NCBI GenBank assembly: GCA_965637545.1
Contig: OZ281501.1
Span: 806,001-870,000 of the forward strand
Direction: 5' to 3'
Source of the DNA: Phallusia mammillata
Lineage: Eukaryota
Length of the DNA: 64,000 bases
Shown here: piece by piece, positions 13,601 to 26,000 of the stretch
Position numbering within the stretch: the stretch's first letter is position 1
How the letters are laid out: the number at the start of each line of letters is the position of its first letter
The notes under the pieces: model-generated
Told to the model about the DNA's origin: nothing
What the model saw: only the letters and a program-made list of their open reading frames with translations
The model's database searches: none
Made by a program: the position numbers and the translations under genes

Positions 13601-16600
13601 TTTGCACTCACAACGGTACTTTAATCGCACCTTGGGCGGTCTTAGGCTTTAAAACATTGATTCCCAAATGACAAACTGGAGAAAATGAACTTAGAAAATA
13701 CCGAACAAGCGTTTTGTCAACATGTTAAGAGTTTAAAAAAATTGTCGTTCAACTGGTGTAATGCTAAACAAAATACTGTAGTTGTTTATTAAGAACTTGT
13801 ATTTTTGCTTGTTTGCTCTTAATGATCCGTTTTGCTTCTAGAGAAAGTTTCCGAAACCGGATTTTTAAAATTCTGTGGGAACATTACAAACCAAGCATAA
13901 CGTGTTCAAAACAAACTTGCAAAGAATGACAAGGCCTATTTTAGCGCGGTCGTTAAAAACTTGCAACAATGCAAAAACAACATACGAGCAGATGGCCTGT
14001 CAAGTTTGTATGCATGGAACAGTGGACAACGGGCGCCGCGAGACGTGCATTATTATTTTAGCTGGAAGCGCTCAATTTATCGTGTTACCCCAAGCACTAG
14101 TGGCTTGCGCCGGGACGAAAAGAGTCAGAGTAAAAACGCCTGATCCTTATCAGAACTGAAGAGCGCGTTGTAAAAAAGACCCTTGAAATGTTAGGAAGGC
14201 ATGACGGTAAGGAACGGTAATGAGCTGCGCGGAGGGGAAGGCTAAGACGCGAAACAGCCCGGCCGCGCCACCGGGACCCCGTTACAAGTGCCCCAGGGGT
14301 GAGGCGTCTGTGGGTTAACCCACTTGCGAGGGGGGAGAGTAAGACCCCTGTCTCCGTCTCGCTTATGATGGTGCAAACAGTGAGATAAACGAAACACCGG
14401 AGCGGATAAGACGACGGCTTTCAGGGGAAGAAATAGTCGACACGCAAACATAATCTGAGCGTAACAGATGGGGCCAAAACGGGGTAACGAAGCGGGGTCG
14501 AAAGGCTGGTAATTAGGTCCCATTTTACCCCTCTAAATCATCCGGTTTCGTGCGACAAACACAGCGCATGTACATCACTTGTACTTACTACTGTTTATCA
14601 CTTTCAAACGAGTTTCTGCCTGCGCTTAAGTTCACGTTCTGTTACTGAAGGAATACAGATTAAAGTTCACATTGGAGCAACAGAAAATAAATCACCCACG
14701 ACACTGTTACGTCACAAAGCTGTAATAATAGTCAAAGAATGTTGTTGGATTACTGGGCATTAATCCCATTGTTGAATCGATAATTAGCTAATCGTGCAAT
14801 TCCCTTGCGGGTAAACAGCTTGTGGAGGGAAACGGGAAAGTTGGTTCAAGTAGGGATAATCAGTGTTAAGTGTTCATGCGCAGGAAACGGCTCGCATCTG
14901 ACGGTTGCCATGGGGACAATGCAATTATATTGTGCCGGTTCGCTTAAAGGCGATTGATGCGATAGATACGTAGCTTCAGAGTAGCAATAATCCCCAGCGG
15001 TGCAGTGAAGCGTGGTTAAAGACCGACCAAACCGATTCATCAATGCCGAAGCAAGTTAAAATATTTCTGAGATAAAGTTTTTCTTGTTGCAACTGGGCTC
15101 TTCGCTAATTTTGGTACTTATTTTGGTTAATTTATTATGTTATGCCACCAGTTACGTTACCACAGCTTCCACTAAACCAGTGTTCGTAAGTGGACATTGT
15201 TACAAAAGCAACTAAAATTTGTATCTTAAATTCCGAGAATCTAACTTTTGTCTCGCAAGCGCGGTACAAGCGACTGGGTTCGCAGAAAAAACGAAACTTT
15301 CAAAATTACCGCAAATTTTAATGAGCACCTGACAGGCTAAAATTGCAAAACAAAACGCGCAGAGAAAGGTTCAGGGCAGTGGCTTATGACTGCGGTAATT
15401 TGAGACTTGGCGTCAACACTGTGATGTGATAGGGGAAAGGCGCTCTTTGTTTTAGTTCGACCCTGACCTTGTGAACCTAAGGGAGCCGCAGGTTACCTCG
15501 TTTCTCACTCGAACAAGCAACTAAGGTTCTGCACATGCATTTTGGCGCGACAACTGCTGGGTTGACTCGTCGAAACGGAAATGTTAAGTTTACTGAACAA
15601 AAAACCCGACACCGCTAAACCGAAATTGTTCTGTTTTCGAGCTGTTATATCCTCCATCTTAAGTTGCGTGTTGATGCACTTGTTGCAAAATCCCTGGATG
15701 ACATCGAATTAAGTGGTAATAATTGAACGATATAAGGAGGTTGTCGCGACTCGCTTAAGTGACCGTTCGATTTTTAGTCGCAAAGATTGGTTGCATAGGG
15801 AATATTTTCACCACTATGTTGAAATCTAAAGTGAGTGCTCTTGGCTAATATATGATTTTCGTTTACGACTTGCTTGCAGGTGTGAAGAAAACACATAATC
15901 CTGTTTCATTTTGTGTTCATAGCAGCGATTGTGTAATTGTGTTATATAATGTGCTTTTACCCGGACAAATTGTGAACAGATCAAAATGTGCCAATGTAAC
16001 ATATCTGGCGTAATACTTGTATAATATACACTTGTATATTTAGCTTGCATATGTTACTGGGGCACTACGTAATGTGGGTTTTCAAAGCATTCAATCTCAT
16101 AGAATAAAACTTACTTATATTTTCCCCATAGTCTGAAGCCGTCAATCTATAATCCAATCCGCTTTTGTTCGTTGTACTCAATTAACGCATTGTTACGTGT
16201 TGAAAGCGCTCCCTCAGTCATACATCGTCGGTACGCCCCCGATGACCCAGAGTGACCCCTCGCCCCACTCTCATGGCCCCAACCAGGGAACTTGGGGCCG
16301 AATTGACGCCAAAGACCACTTCGCTAGAAATACCCACAAGGGGCTTCGACGCCTCAAAAAGTGGCTTTAAAATGGAACAGTTGCCCCACTTGCACTTTTA
16401 CTGGGGGTGACATTTTATCTTTCACCCTTTGGGGTCAACTTGCACTTAAAATATTCCAGAAACCGCCACGCTCTCTTGCACTCCAGCAGCGCCACGACTT
16501 CGCCCATATTTGTGTTCGAAAACGTACACATGTCGCGTCGGCTCGGGTGGGCAGAATTGTTCAAAAAGATGCATTACTTTGTGTGGGGCAATGTCAGCGC

Positions 16601-17934
16601 AAATGGCAAATTATGGCAAGCGGCCCCTTTTACCGACAAAACCACAACAGAACGCCCACTCGTGGGAAAAGTAGGTCCGCAGTGATAAGATGGGCTTACT
16701 AATTTAGGTTCTGCCGGTACTAAATCAATCAAAGCGTTGTGTTCCAGTGAATGCAGCCACCTGCTTGTTACTGAAACCCTGAGATTGTTATCGTTGTTTG
16801 TGGCTACCAGGCTGAAAATCGTATTACTGTCGGCCGGTGAGATTACGGGCCCGACTGATTTAAAACATTTGTTATGGTTCGAGGTAAAAATTGCGAATTC
16901 TTTAAACAGGAGCCAATGATTTTTAGGGGGTGATTTGTGGTTTCGAGGTGTTTGTTTTACATTTAAAAAACACTATTTATGCCACTTCTAAGTGAGATTT
17001 ACTTTCAACACCTTTGTGTTTTTTAATAACATTATTACATACCAAGCAAAACCTACATTACCCAATGCAAACTAAAACAAATAATCTCTTACATATATTA
17101 GCAAATATTCCTGAATTTGGATTTGTGAGTATGAAGCCAAGAGTTTTGTCACTTTTTGCACTTTACTATTCATTTTCAGGTGTCGTTTAAAACTGAAACC
17201 ATTTCTTGTAATAACACAGGTGACCCCAGTGCCGCATTAGTTCAAAAAAGTGGAACGTTATGAGTTGGAGAGGACTCAGCAAGCCGGCAGGGCAGTTTAG
17301 GGTATAAACAACCTACTGGCGCCAGCTTGCCCGAACAGAAGTACACCGCCTTAGTTTCACTAGCCTGTGCGCTTGGGAAAAGGTGCTTCTTATCGCAGGG
17401 TGTTTGCCAAATATATACTCCGCTTTGTTATTAGGGCATGTACATACACAATGGGTGATACGACAAAAACTTCACAAAACGCTTATCTAAACGTGACGAT
17501 GTTTTCTGTTCGTGCAAATGTCGTTACTTTAATGTCAGTTTTGCTACGGCGTGCTGTTGCAATGAAACTACAATCATTTCGTTGGACCACAAGGCTTGCC
17601 CCACAACAAACGCTAGTTTCAGGCATATAGAACATTTTGGTAAGCATAACAGTATAGTTTTGCGCAACTTTACGATTTATAAACAAGAGTGTCAATTGAA
17701 AACACCACCTACAAAATCTACAATTAAAATGCAAATTACAGACGTTTGGCGGATAAATGACTTAATTGACAACTTAGCTTCGATCAGCAAATCTGCAAAA
17801 CTCAAATTGTTTGCACAAAAATCATCAACTTTGCGCACAAACGTTATTTCCTCTGTGTTCGGTTTGGTTCTAGTTTCATTCAAACGATTTCTCTAAACAG
17901 GTTAAGCAAATAACCAAATAAGCAAAACACTTAC

Positions 17935-18088
17935 GTATGTCTTCCTGTGGAAATCCTTTGTTTCCGTGAACGCTCACAAATAGCATCAAAGCAATGATGA
18001 AGAGGTCGAGTCGTGCGTTGCAAATCGGCCGCAATGCAAACACTTGGTTCCCGCGCCGGACGCGTGCCACACCCGATGATGTCCACAT
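17935..18088 (-). CDS. First coding exon (signal peptide) of an unidentified secreted/membrane protein gene; remainder lies leftward, probably beyond the window
   Basis: Translates as MWTSSGVARVRRGNQVFALRPICNARLDLFIIALMLFVSVHGNKGFPQEDI, then a perfect GTAAGT donor in phase 1 (154 nt). Hydrophobic core LFIIALMLFVSV. GC-rich promoter-like region at 18100-18650. Confidence 0.6.
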
Positions 18089-19903
18089 CGTTGCTTCGTT
18101 CCTTACTGTCTCGCTGCTTTACTGATTGACACGCGAGGGAAGGCGCCGCGCTTCTTCGCGTAAAAGCAACGAAATATTATCTTCGTCGATACAGTGCCGC
18201 TTGATCAACACAACATGCGTCTTTGTTTGAGTTAGATGTTTGCTCTACTGTCGCCTCGACTCTAGCAGCGACCCAGCTCTGCCAAAAGATCTGAGCTCGT
18301 CTTATCAGTCGATGTCGCACCGCTCAAACACAGCAGAATAATTTATGCCTTATTGACACAAACTGCACCGAATCCACCCTTTTCAACTCACACAAAAATC
18401 GGCAACTAGCAACAGTTGTGGCTTCGCGTTTTCCTCAGTCGTGTGCCGTGGTTTCTGCCCGTCACTGCAATGCGACAATTCAGCTTAGGTGTCCAAATTC
18501 ACGCGCCGTATCAAATTCAGCGCAAACCCCTTCTTTGTGGCTACAAGCACGCACCGATTGATAAAGGGTTCCCGACGAGTCGTTGACACTACGGCGTGCG
18601 CGGCGTTTATGACGTTGCAGCATGTAAACCAGCAGGGTCGTTGTTGACGAACAATGTATGCATTATCTTAATTGTCGGTTTCGAATGCAAAGCGGTGTGC
18701 TGCAGGAAACGAGGATCGTTGCAAAGGTGATAATAGCGCTCCATTGTCTAATGTTGCAACATGTAGACATCGCCGCCATCGTAAGAAGTTGTTTTGTTTT
18801 GTGTTTTTCTTTTCTTTTTTGTATTCATAGCACACAATGCAATGAAGGAAATGTGTCACAATCACCCACTTATTGAAATGACCGCCGTACACCATTTTAA
18901 ACAGTTTGTGTAATTCTGTAAAAAGATAAAACCACTTCGATTTAACCTATCTGCAAAAAGTATACCCAAACCATCCGTAAAATGCCACTGTCAGCATTTT
19001 TTGTGTTTGGATTTTACTTTTTATAGCTCCTTCTTAGATTACATCCGCACAAAAGCCTGTTTGGCGCCACATCGCAACAGACAAATACAGGTTTAACCAC
19101 ACTGATTTGGCCTTATCTGGAATGAATTGAGCCATTCAATTTACTTGATGGTTAAGTTTAGTTTTAATATTCGACAGATCTTATTGCCAAACCAATGCCA
19201 CATATAGTGTAAACCTTCCAAGGCATTTTGTGTTCAAAACACAGTATTTTGCATCTTTGTTTTCTTGTTATCTAAATGTTAACAAGCTTGAATCTTAGGT
19301 GTTGGTTTACCTATAAGTTTCCAAATTAATGAAGTTTTATCACAAAAATTTAGAACAAAGTAATCGACAATAAAGAAGGAACCAAAAAATAGACAAGCTG
19401 GACAACAAACCGCCAAAAATGTCTAATTACAAACAAATTTACCTTGTTTTGTCTTTGTTATCAACTCTCAAGGTTAAGAAGAACCGCCACTTTACAATTA
19501 TCACACCGTATCATGAAATCTTAACAATCATTGGGAATTTTAGTTTTTTAGATCTATACTGGCAGCTTGTGACCACATAAAACTTAGTAAAAAGGAAGGA
19601 GAAGTCAAATTTATAGATAGTAAATGGAATTTAGCAAGTTTTGACGTTTGCTCGAAGTCCAAAACCTTCCATGAAAACACACTTACCCGAAGATAATGCA
19701 AAGTATGTCCAAGTTATAAATCCATAACATTGTAAATGAAACGCCCGCTTTTAGAATTGAAACTGTGTTTTAATATCATTATAATAAAACAATGAAATAT
19801 TACTTTGAAAATACAACATGCTTATTCATTTTTTGGAAAATGTTTCTATATTTTCTATTTCAAGTGTATGATTTCTATGAATAGTTTGTCGCTTACCATG
19901 ATG

Positions 19904-19917
19904 GTTGCCATGGCGAT
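19904..19917 (+). promoter_or_regulatory. RFX X-box in the ARMC4 promoter
   Basis: GTTGCCATGGCGAT about 125 nt upstream of the ARMC4 ATG; matches the X-box typical of ciliary gene promoters. Confidence 0.75.
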
Positions 19918-20039
19918 ATTGCGAGGGCGCTATTGCCAGATTGGTAAACTTTCGAGTTGCCTGAAGTAAGAAGCTGTTTGAGTCAATTTTAAGTGCAAGT
20001 ATTTTAATTTTGTTCAATATATAAAGTAGATAGACCAGC

Positions 20040-23000
20040 ATGGGAGCTGCTTTGGCCCGTGCAGCGCAATGGACTTCGGTTCCCGGCAGTGGAAAGGGAA
20101 AATTGGAGCTTTCCCCAATGAATGAAAAACTTCTCAATGATATTATACAGGTATTGGAAATAATATTACACAGCTTATATACTCTGTCAATTCACTTTGG
20201 TGTAGATGTGTGTTAATGTTTGCAATTAATAATGTACGTAGGTCTTAACACGTGTTGTTTTAATTTTATGCATCATGGTTTTAGCTCAAATACATTTCTT
20301 TGGCTTAGCAAACTTTTTGTGGATAAGAGCTATTCTAGTTAGGTTGACCAGGTATTTGTGTCACTGTATGTGTCAGAGATCCCCTTTCTACATAATCATT
20401 TGCAAGTAGCAAATGACAGATTGCAAAATGGTTCATGAAAATGCATCTAATGCAATGTTTGACAGTTAATACATTACAGAATGCTTTTTTATTGGTTTGT
20501 ATACATACTGATTTACTCTGCTACTTGCTCAGGTTGATATTAGCAAACCATACCTGTCCAATGTACAGTGAATCATTTAAGTTTATTGTATACTTAACCA
20601 ACTACAGGTAGATTTACATTGCAGATTTTGTACATATAAAGGCATTAGATAAAAAAATTTTTACAAGCCTTAATATTTTATTGCAGTTTGTTGAAGGATT
20701 TTCAGGCAAACATCCAGAAGAAGGAAAGTTGGTTTTCAAAGAAGCTTTATCCTGGGAGAGTTCACTCACATCTTCAGCATTTACATCTGGCTATGACATT
20801 GGGTTAGTTATTGAAAAACATATGCCCGAAATATTAATGCTAAGGAAAACAAATGTAAGGCAAAAATGTTTAAAAAACACTCATAAATATGACCATGTGA
20901 TTGTATTAGTTCAAAGTGTCAAATCATTACTGGAAAAAAAACTATTGTTGCAGTTGTTATCAGTTCAATATTATCTTAAAAACCAGTTTTGTGATTCAAA
21001 AAAAGGATATTTAAGATTTAAAATTACTGTAAGAACGATAGAATATGTAATTATAATATTACCATGGTATGTAGAATAAAGTTTTCATAACACTGTTTGA
21101 AGCTCCTATTTATTCACAGTGCAACTGAAGTGACTTCACAAGAAAAAGATGAGAGTGGTACAGCATTGTCTGAACTGTCTGGAGGAATACTAAAGATTCG
21201 AAACCTAGAACAAGCCTCAAATGTACTGAAACTTGCCAAAGAAAAGCGCATCATCGAAACACGAATGTGCCTGGAAGGTGAAAATTTAACCAGTTCTGCA
21301 ACATAAGGATTTGTTCATAAGTGTCATGAGAATATAACAGCCCAAATAGATGTAAAAAGCAGCATGCTTTATCGTTTAAATGTTTCGGCAAATGCTCATG
21401 CCATCAATTTATGTTTGTCAATGTAATATAATTTTGTCGGAAGTGAATTTATAGTTTCCAGTAAAAAGTCAGTAACCGAGTTTTACTTACAATATCATGT
21501 CTTAATCAATTTGAAAATCATTGTTTTTGCAGCAAATCGTGATCCACTGGTGAAGATTCTTGGGCCTGCTTTTGCTACAGTTGATTCTGAAGACTCTACT
21601 ATTATCAGGATGGTAGAAAAGGTAAAAACTAGTGACATGTTTTTGACCTGTTCATTATTAGCTAAATAAATGTTTAACACTTTCCAAAAAAGGAAATTGC
21701 AATAAAACTAAATTGCAATAATTTGATCATGTTATTTTACAGAGTAAAACTGATGAGTCAAGAGAGTCAGCCCTTCAGCTCAACTTGTATCTGATGTTTC
21801 AACAATTTGACAAACGTCTGCTGGACTCTTCAATGCAAGAAATTTCAAAGTAGGTATTTTGTGATTAAATCAAATGTAGCTCTATTATCACACAACATGT
21901 TAAAAACTTTTTTGTACATCCTATGGGAAAACATTTTCAGAGTAACAGAATCACTCTTATATGTTCAGTACAAACACTCACAGCTTTTTTATACATGTTT
22001 GTTGTGTAATTGAGTGGAGTTGAGTTTTTTTGAATTAGTTGAATTATTTATTTTATCCAGTGGTATGTTATATTGAATGGCAAATTATTATACAGGCAAG
22101 TGAGATTGAATCCAGCTGCAATAAATGCTGAAGTCCAGTTGTTGAAATCATTTTCTGGCGATGGCGGAAATACCCCGTTGAAGGAAATTGATTTTACCTC
22201 CAGTAAGTTTTTGTAGAAATGTGTATTTATCACAGCTAAGGAGACTATATGACAGGTAAAGATCAAATATGATTTGGCAATAACAACACTCTAATTCCTA
22301 GGAGCTGTTATATAGGAAAAACATTGTATTGCATATAATATATGCATATTATACATCATAAATATTTGAAACGGGCAATTGTAAAAAAAATCACTTCAAA
22401 GCAATAATCATTTGATTAGAAGACCCTTTAACTACAACAACAAACCAAAGAAATAATGTTTTGTATGTATGTTGTAAAATACCTTTCTTGCAGAGGATAC
22501 ATTCTCAAATGAATGTCGGGCATTGCCATGGCGACAAGTCCATGGTGATATTTGCTACATCTTGGTGAAGCCACACGATGGGGACAGATTCTGTGTAACT
22601 GCAAGCACTTATGGATGCTATGTTAATGGAGTAAGTTCGAGTTTCTAACGTATAATGGCCGACAACATATAATGCTGCCAATATATCAAAACAATTTTGT
22701 TTAAATGTGCTTAAAAATGTGTTTTATAACCTGGTCTTGGTTATAAAAGACCAAGATCCAGGTTATAAAAGATCACATTATTGTAAATTACAAGACATTT
22801 TGTGATCATTGTAACTATATTTAAAATAATATAGGTGTATTTAACCCCATTTCTGTTATTGGTGTGACATAAAACTTGTTCTTAGACTAGAATAGGAAAG
22901 TGGTTGTCCTTGATATAGACTTGACCTTGTATGAGCTAAGTTGAAAATGTTTAAAGGGCTTTGAAGAGGAAACTCAACAAGTAAAGTTTGATAAGTGCAG

Positions 23001-26000
23001 CGAGGTTTACAAGGACCTTGTTACCTTGCTCAGAGAGAAATCAAGCAAGTTTTCTGAAAACATTGCCAAGAGGGTTGGTAGTTTTTTTTATTCTTAGTTT
23101 TATTTTCTGTGTTTATGTGCACTTTTTCGGGAATTTTAGTGAAAAACTAAAAACCACTAAATTGGTTGCTTTAGTTTATTTGTTTGTAAAACAATTAATT
23201 GGTTTTTATGCTGAAATTTCCTAAATTTGATTTAATGACCCTGAAAAGAAACATACACGCCAATATATTTGTAAATAACATGGCCAGTCTCTTTTATTTT
23301 TTACTTTCATTTTGGGACTATGTTGTGAAAAAAGCATTTTGTATTTAATATACACAGAGAGACAAAATATGGAACCGGCTATCCTAGTAAAATGTTTTGA
23401 TTTTTTTAAATACAAACCAAATGAAATCACCCAAAACTGATAAACCAAGATTTTATTGTTTGCAGGAGTTTTCTATCCAAGAAGATATATCGAGGGAATT
23501 TGAGAAAGAAGCGACGATAACTTCGGATCAGTCGGCTGAGAATGAGAAGGAAGAAGATGCGCCGTCCGAGAAACAGCAGAAGACCTTGAAAGATGGTGGA
23601 AAGAAAGGTGAACGAAAGAACAAAGCGACACAATTGCACTAAAACAATCACCAAGTCGGAAATAGCTGCGCAACGTTATGGAGCGCAAAACAGTGATGGC
23701 ACAATTGGTATAACGCGCTGCAGCCACACCGTGTTTAAACAATATCCGAATGCAAAAAATGAGAATTGTAAATAGCCTGTAACCTATACAACAACGAAAC
23801 AACAAAAAACGTAAACGCCTGCGAAACTACACATCTACTCGCGTTAAGGCTGTTCTGCTTTTGTGTTCCTAGCTAAGGAACGATTGAATAACGTAACAAT
23901 TATTTTCAGGTAAAGCGGGCAAGGATAAGAAACGGACCATGCAACCGTCTCTAAAGTGGAAAAGTTTGGAGGAAAGTCGGAAAACTGAGAAAATTACGGA
24001 ACAAAAGCGCAAGAAGTCACAACCAACGACCAATCAGATCGCACCAAGGCGTCCTTCCTACTTCAAGTAAATCAACATTAGCTACCGTTTTTTTTAGATT
24101 ACAGAGTGTCCATTACTAACCGAAGGCCTTATTAGTTTGGCGTTGATGTATGCTTCAACTATAAGTAAAAAGAAAGTGGTTAAGATAAACATATACATTC
24201 ATACTGGGATCAGCTCTATGTGCCTATGCAAACCACCGACCGTGGCATACTCATATACCATAGTACGTTAGGTCTATTAAAGGCGTTACCGATATGTCAT
24301 GGCGTAGGCTAGAAACATCTCAATCCCACAGAAAAATCTAGCCTGTGCATTGCCATATGCAGTGCCGGATTAACCATTAGGCAAACGTGCCTACAGGCCA
24401 GTCAAAAATCCAGGCCACTTTGTAACAACGATCTTTGCGACAATGATTTGGCAACACTGATAATTATAATTTTTTAGTTGGCAACCATGATTTTCGGGCC
24501 ACTTATAAAATGTGCCTACAGGCCAGCAGACCCTTAATCCGGCACTGGCCATATGGGAATGCTTGGTGGCCGACTGATTCGGTATAACGCCTTTAATACG
24601 CCCGGCGTAATATGGTTTAAAAAGAAGGCGATTAACGTGGACGTTTTGGGCAACTTTAAGCAAGTAAATAGTTTGTGAAATGAATATTTGTTGAAAATCA
24701 AAAACAGTCCCAAAACGTTGTCGAAACTATGTAGCTGCAAGGTGCGATTATTACTTAACAGCAGGTCACAGACGAGGTTATGACGTAACAGACGTTTTAT
24801 GTTTGTTTGTTGAAAGAAATTCAGTTTTATTGGGAGTTGTTGCAGTGAAAAGTTTTCAGGCAGAATTTGTTTCAGGATTTCCCAAAATGGACGATCATGA
24901 GTTGGACGATGCTGAGATTAGAAAGAGTCTCGTTTATCTTAAGCAGCTGTAAGTACAATATGTTTGGTTTGGTTCATTAGTTTTGTAGAAAAGGTTTTTG
25001 ATTTAAAGTAAGTTTAATCGTAGAGTTATAGCTTAGCACAGCATATAAAGTGAGGCAAAGTTATGAAAGGTAATGAAGTAAAAAAGTGATTTCGTCCATC
25101 AGATATCCAGTCTCAAATATATTTTAGTGATCTTATGTTTACAATCCATCACTTATAGATTTATTAGAAAACGGCAGAAATGAGAATAATATTTTTTGAA
25201 TTTGTTTAATGAAATTTGGCCGATTTTTCTTTTAATTACATTCACGATATAGAAGTTGTAATGATGACCAAGACAACACTGTCTGTCATATACCAGAGGT
25301 GTTCGAAGTGCGGCCCGTGTAGGCTTATATTCCGTGGTGGGATTCAGCCGGTTCGAAATTTAATGAGATCAGCGAACCGGTTAGCATTACTGGTAACTGT
25401 CAATGGACTTTTTGTGATAGAACCGGCTAAAAAATATGACTTTTGTGATAGAACCGGCTGAAAAAAAATTTGAATCCTACGCCATAGTTTGGATTAAGTT
25501 TTTGGGTTGTGGCGACTTTCTTTAGCAGTCAAAAAGGAAATATACACGGTGCTGACGCAACAAAATCTGACAATTTCTTTAAAGCCCGCATATTTGTCTT
25601 CTAATTCCACGATTAAAAACTTCCAATAAAGGTCGGCCCGCGGGCATCTTCGCCTGATAAACATTTGGCACTTAGCGGAAATTCCCAAACCTGGCTACTG
25701 TGAGTTCTTACGTTAGTAGTTCTACCTAAAAATTCCCCCATTTAAAAAGTTTGTACACCCCTGGTCATACACGCTCCATAATTCTTTATTATTATCTCCT
25801 ATTTGTTACGTCACAGCCGAAAAACTCCTCTAGAGGATGAAGACATGAGTGAGAGTTCGGATGAATCAGATGAAGAAGAGGAAATCCAGGATCGGAGGCA
25901 GGATGCTGGATCAGACCTTCCATCGGAGTACTGGCAGATTCAGAAGTTGGTAAAGTATTTGAAGGGAGGCAACCAGACTGCCACCATCATTGCTCTATGC

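Noticed and set aside
24391-24663. Apparent paralogous small proteins (24391-24663 and 36189-36392; 46980-47300 and 51817-52002)
   Set aside because: The shared peptide comes from translating copies of the same non-coding MITEs.
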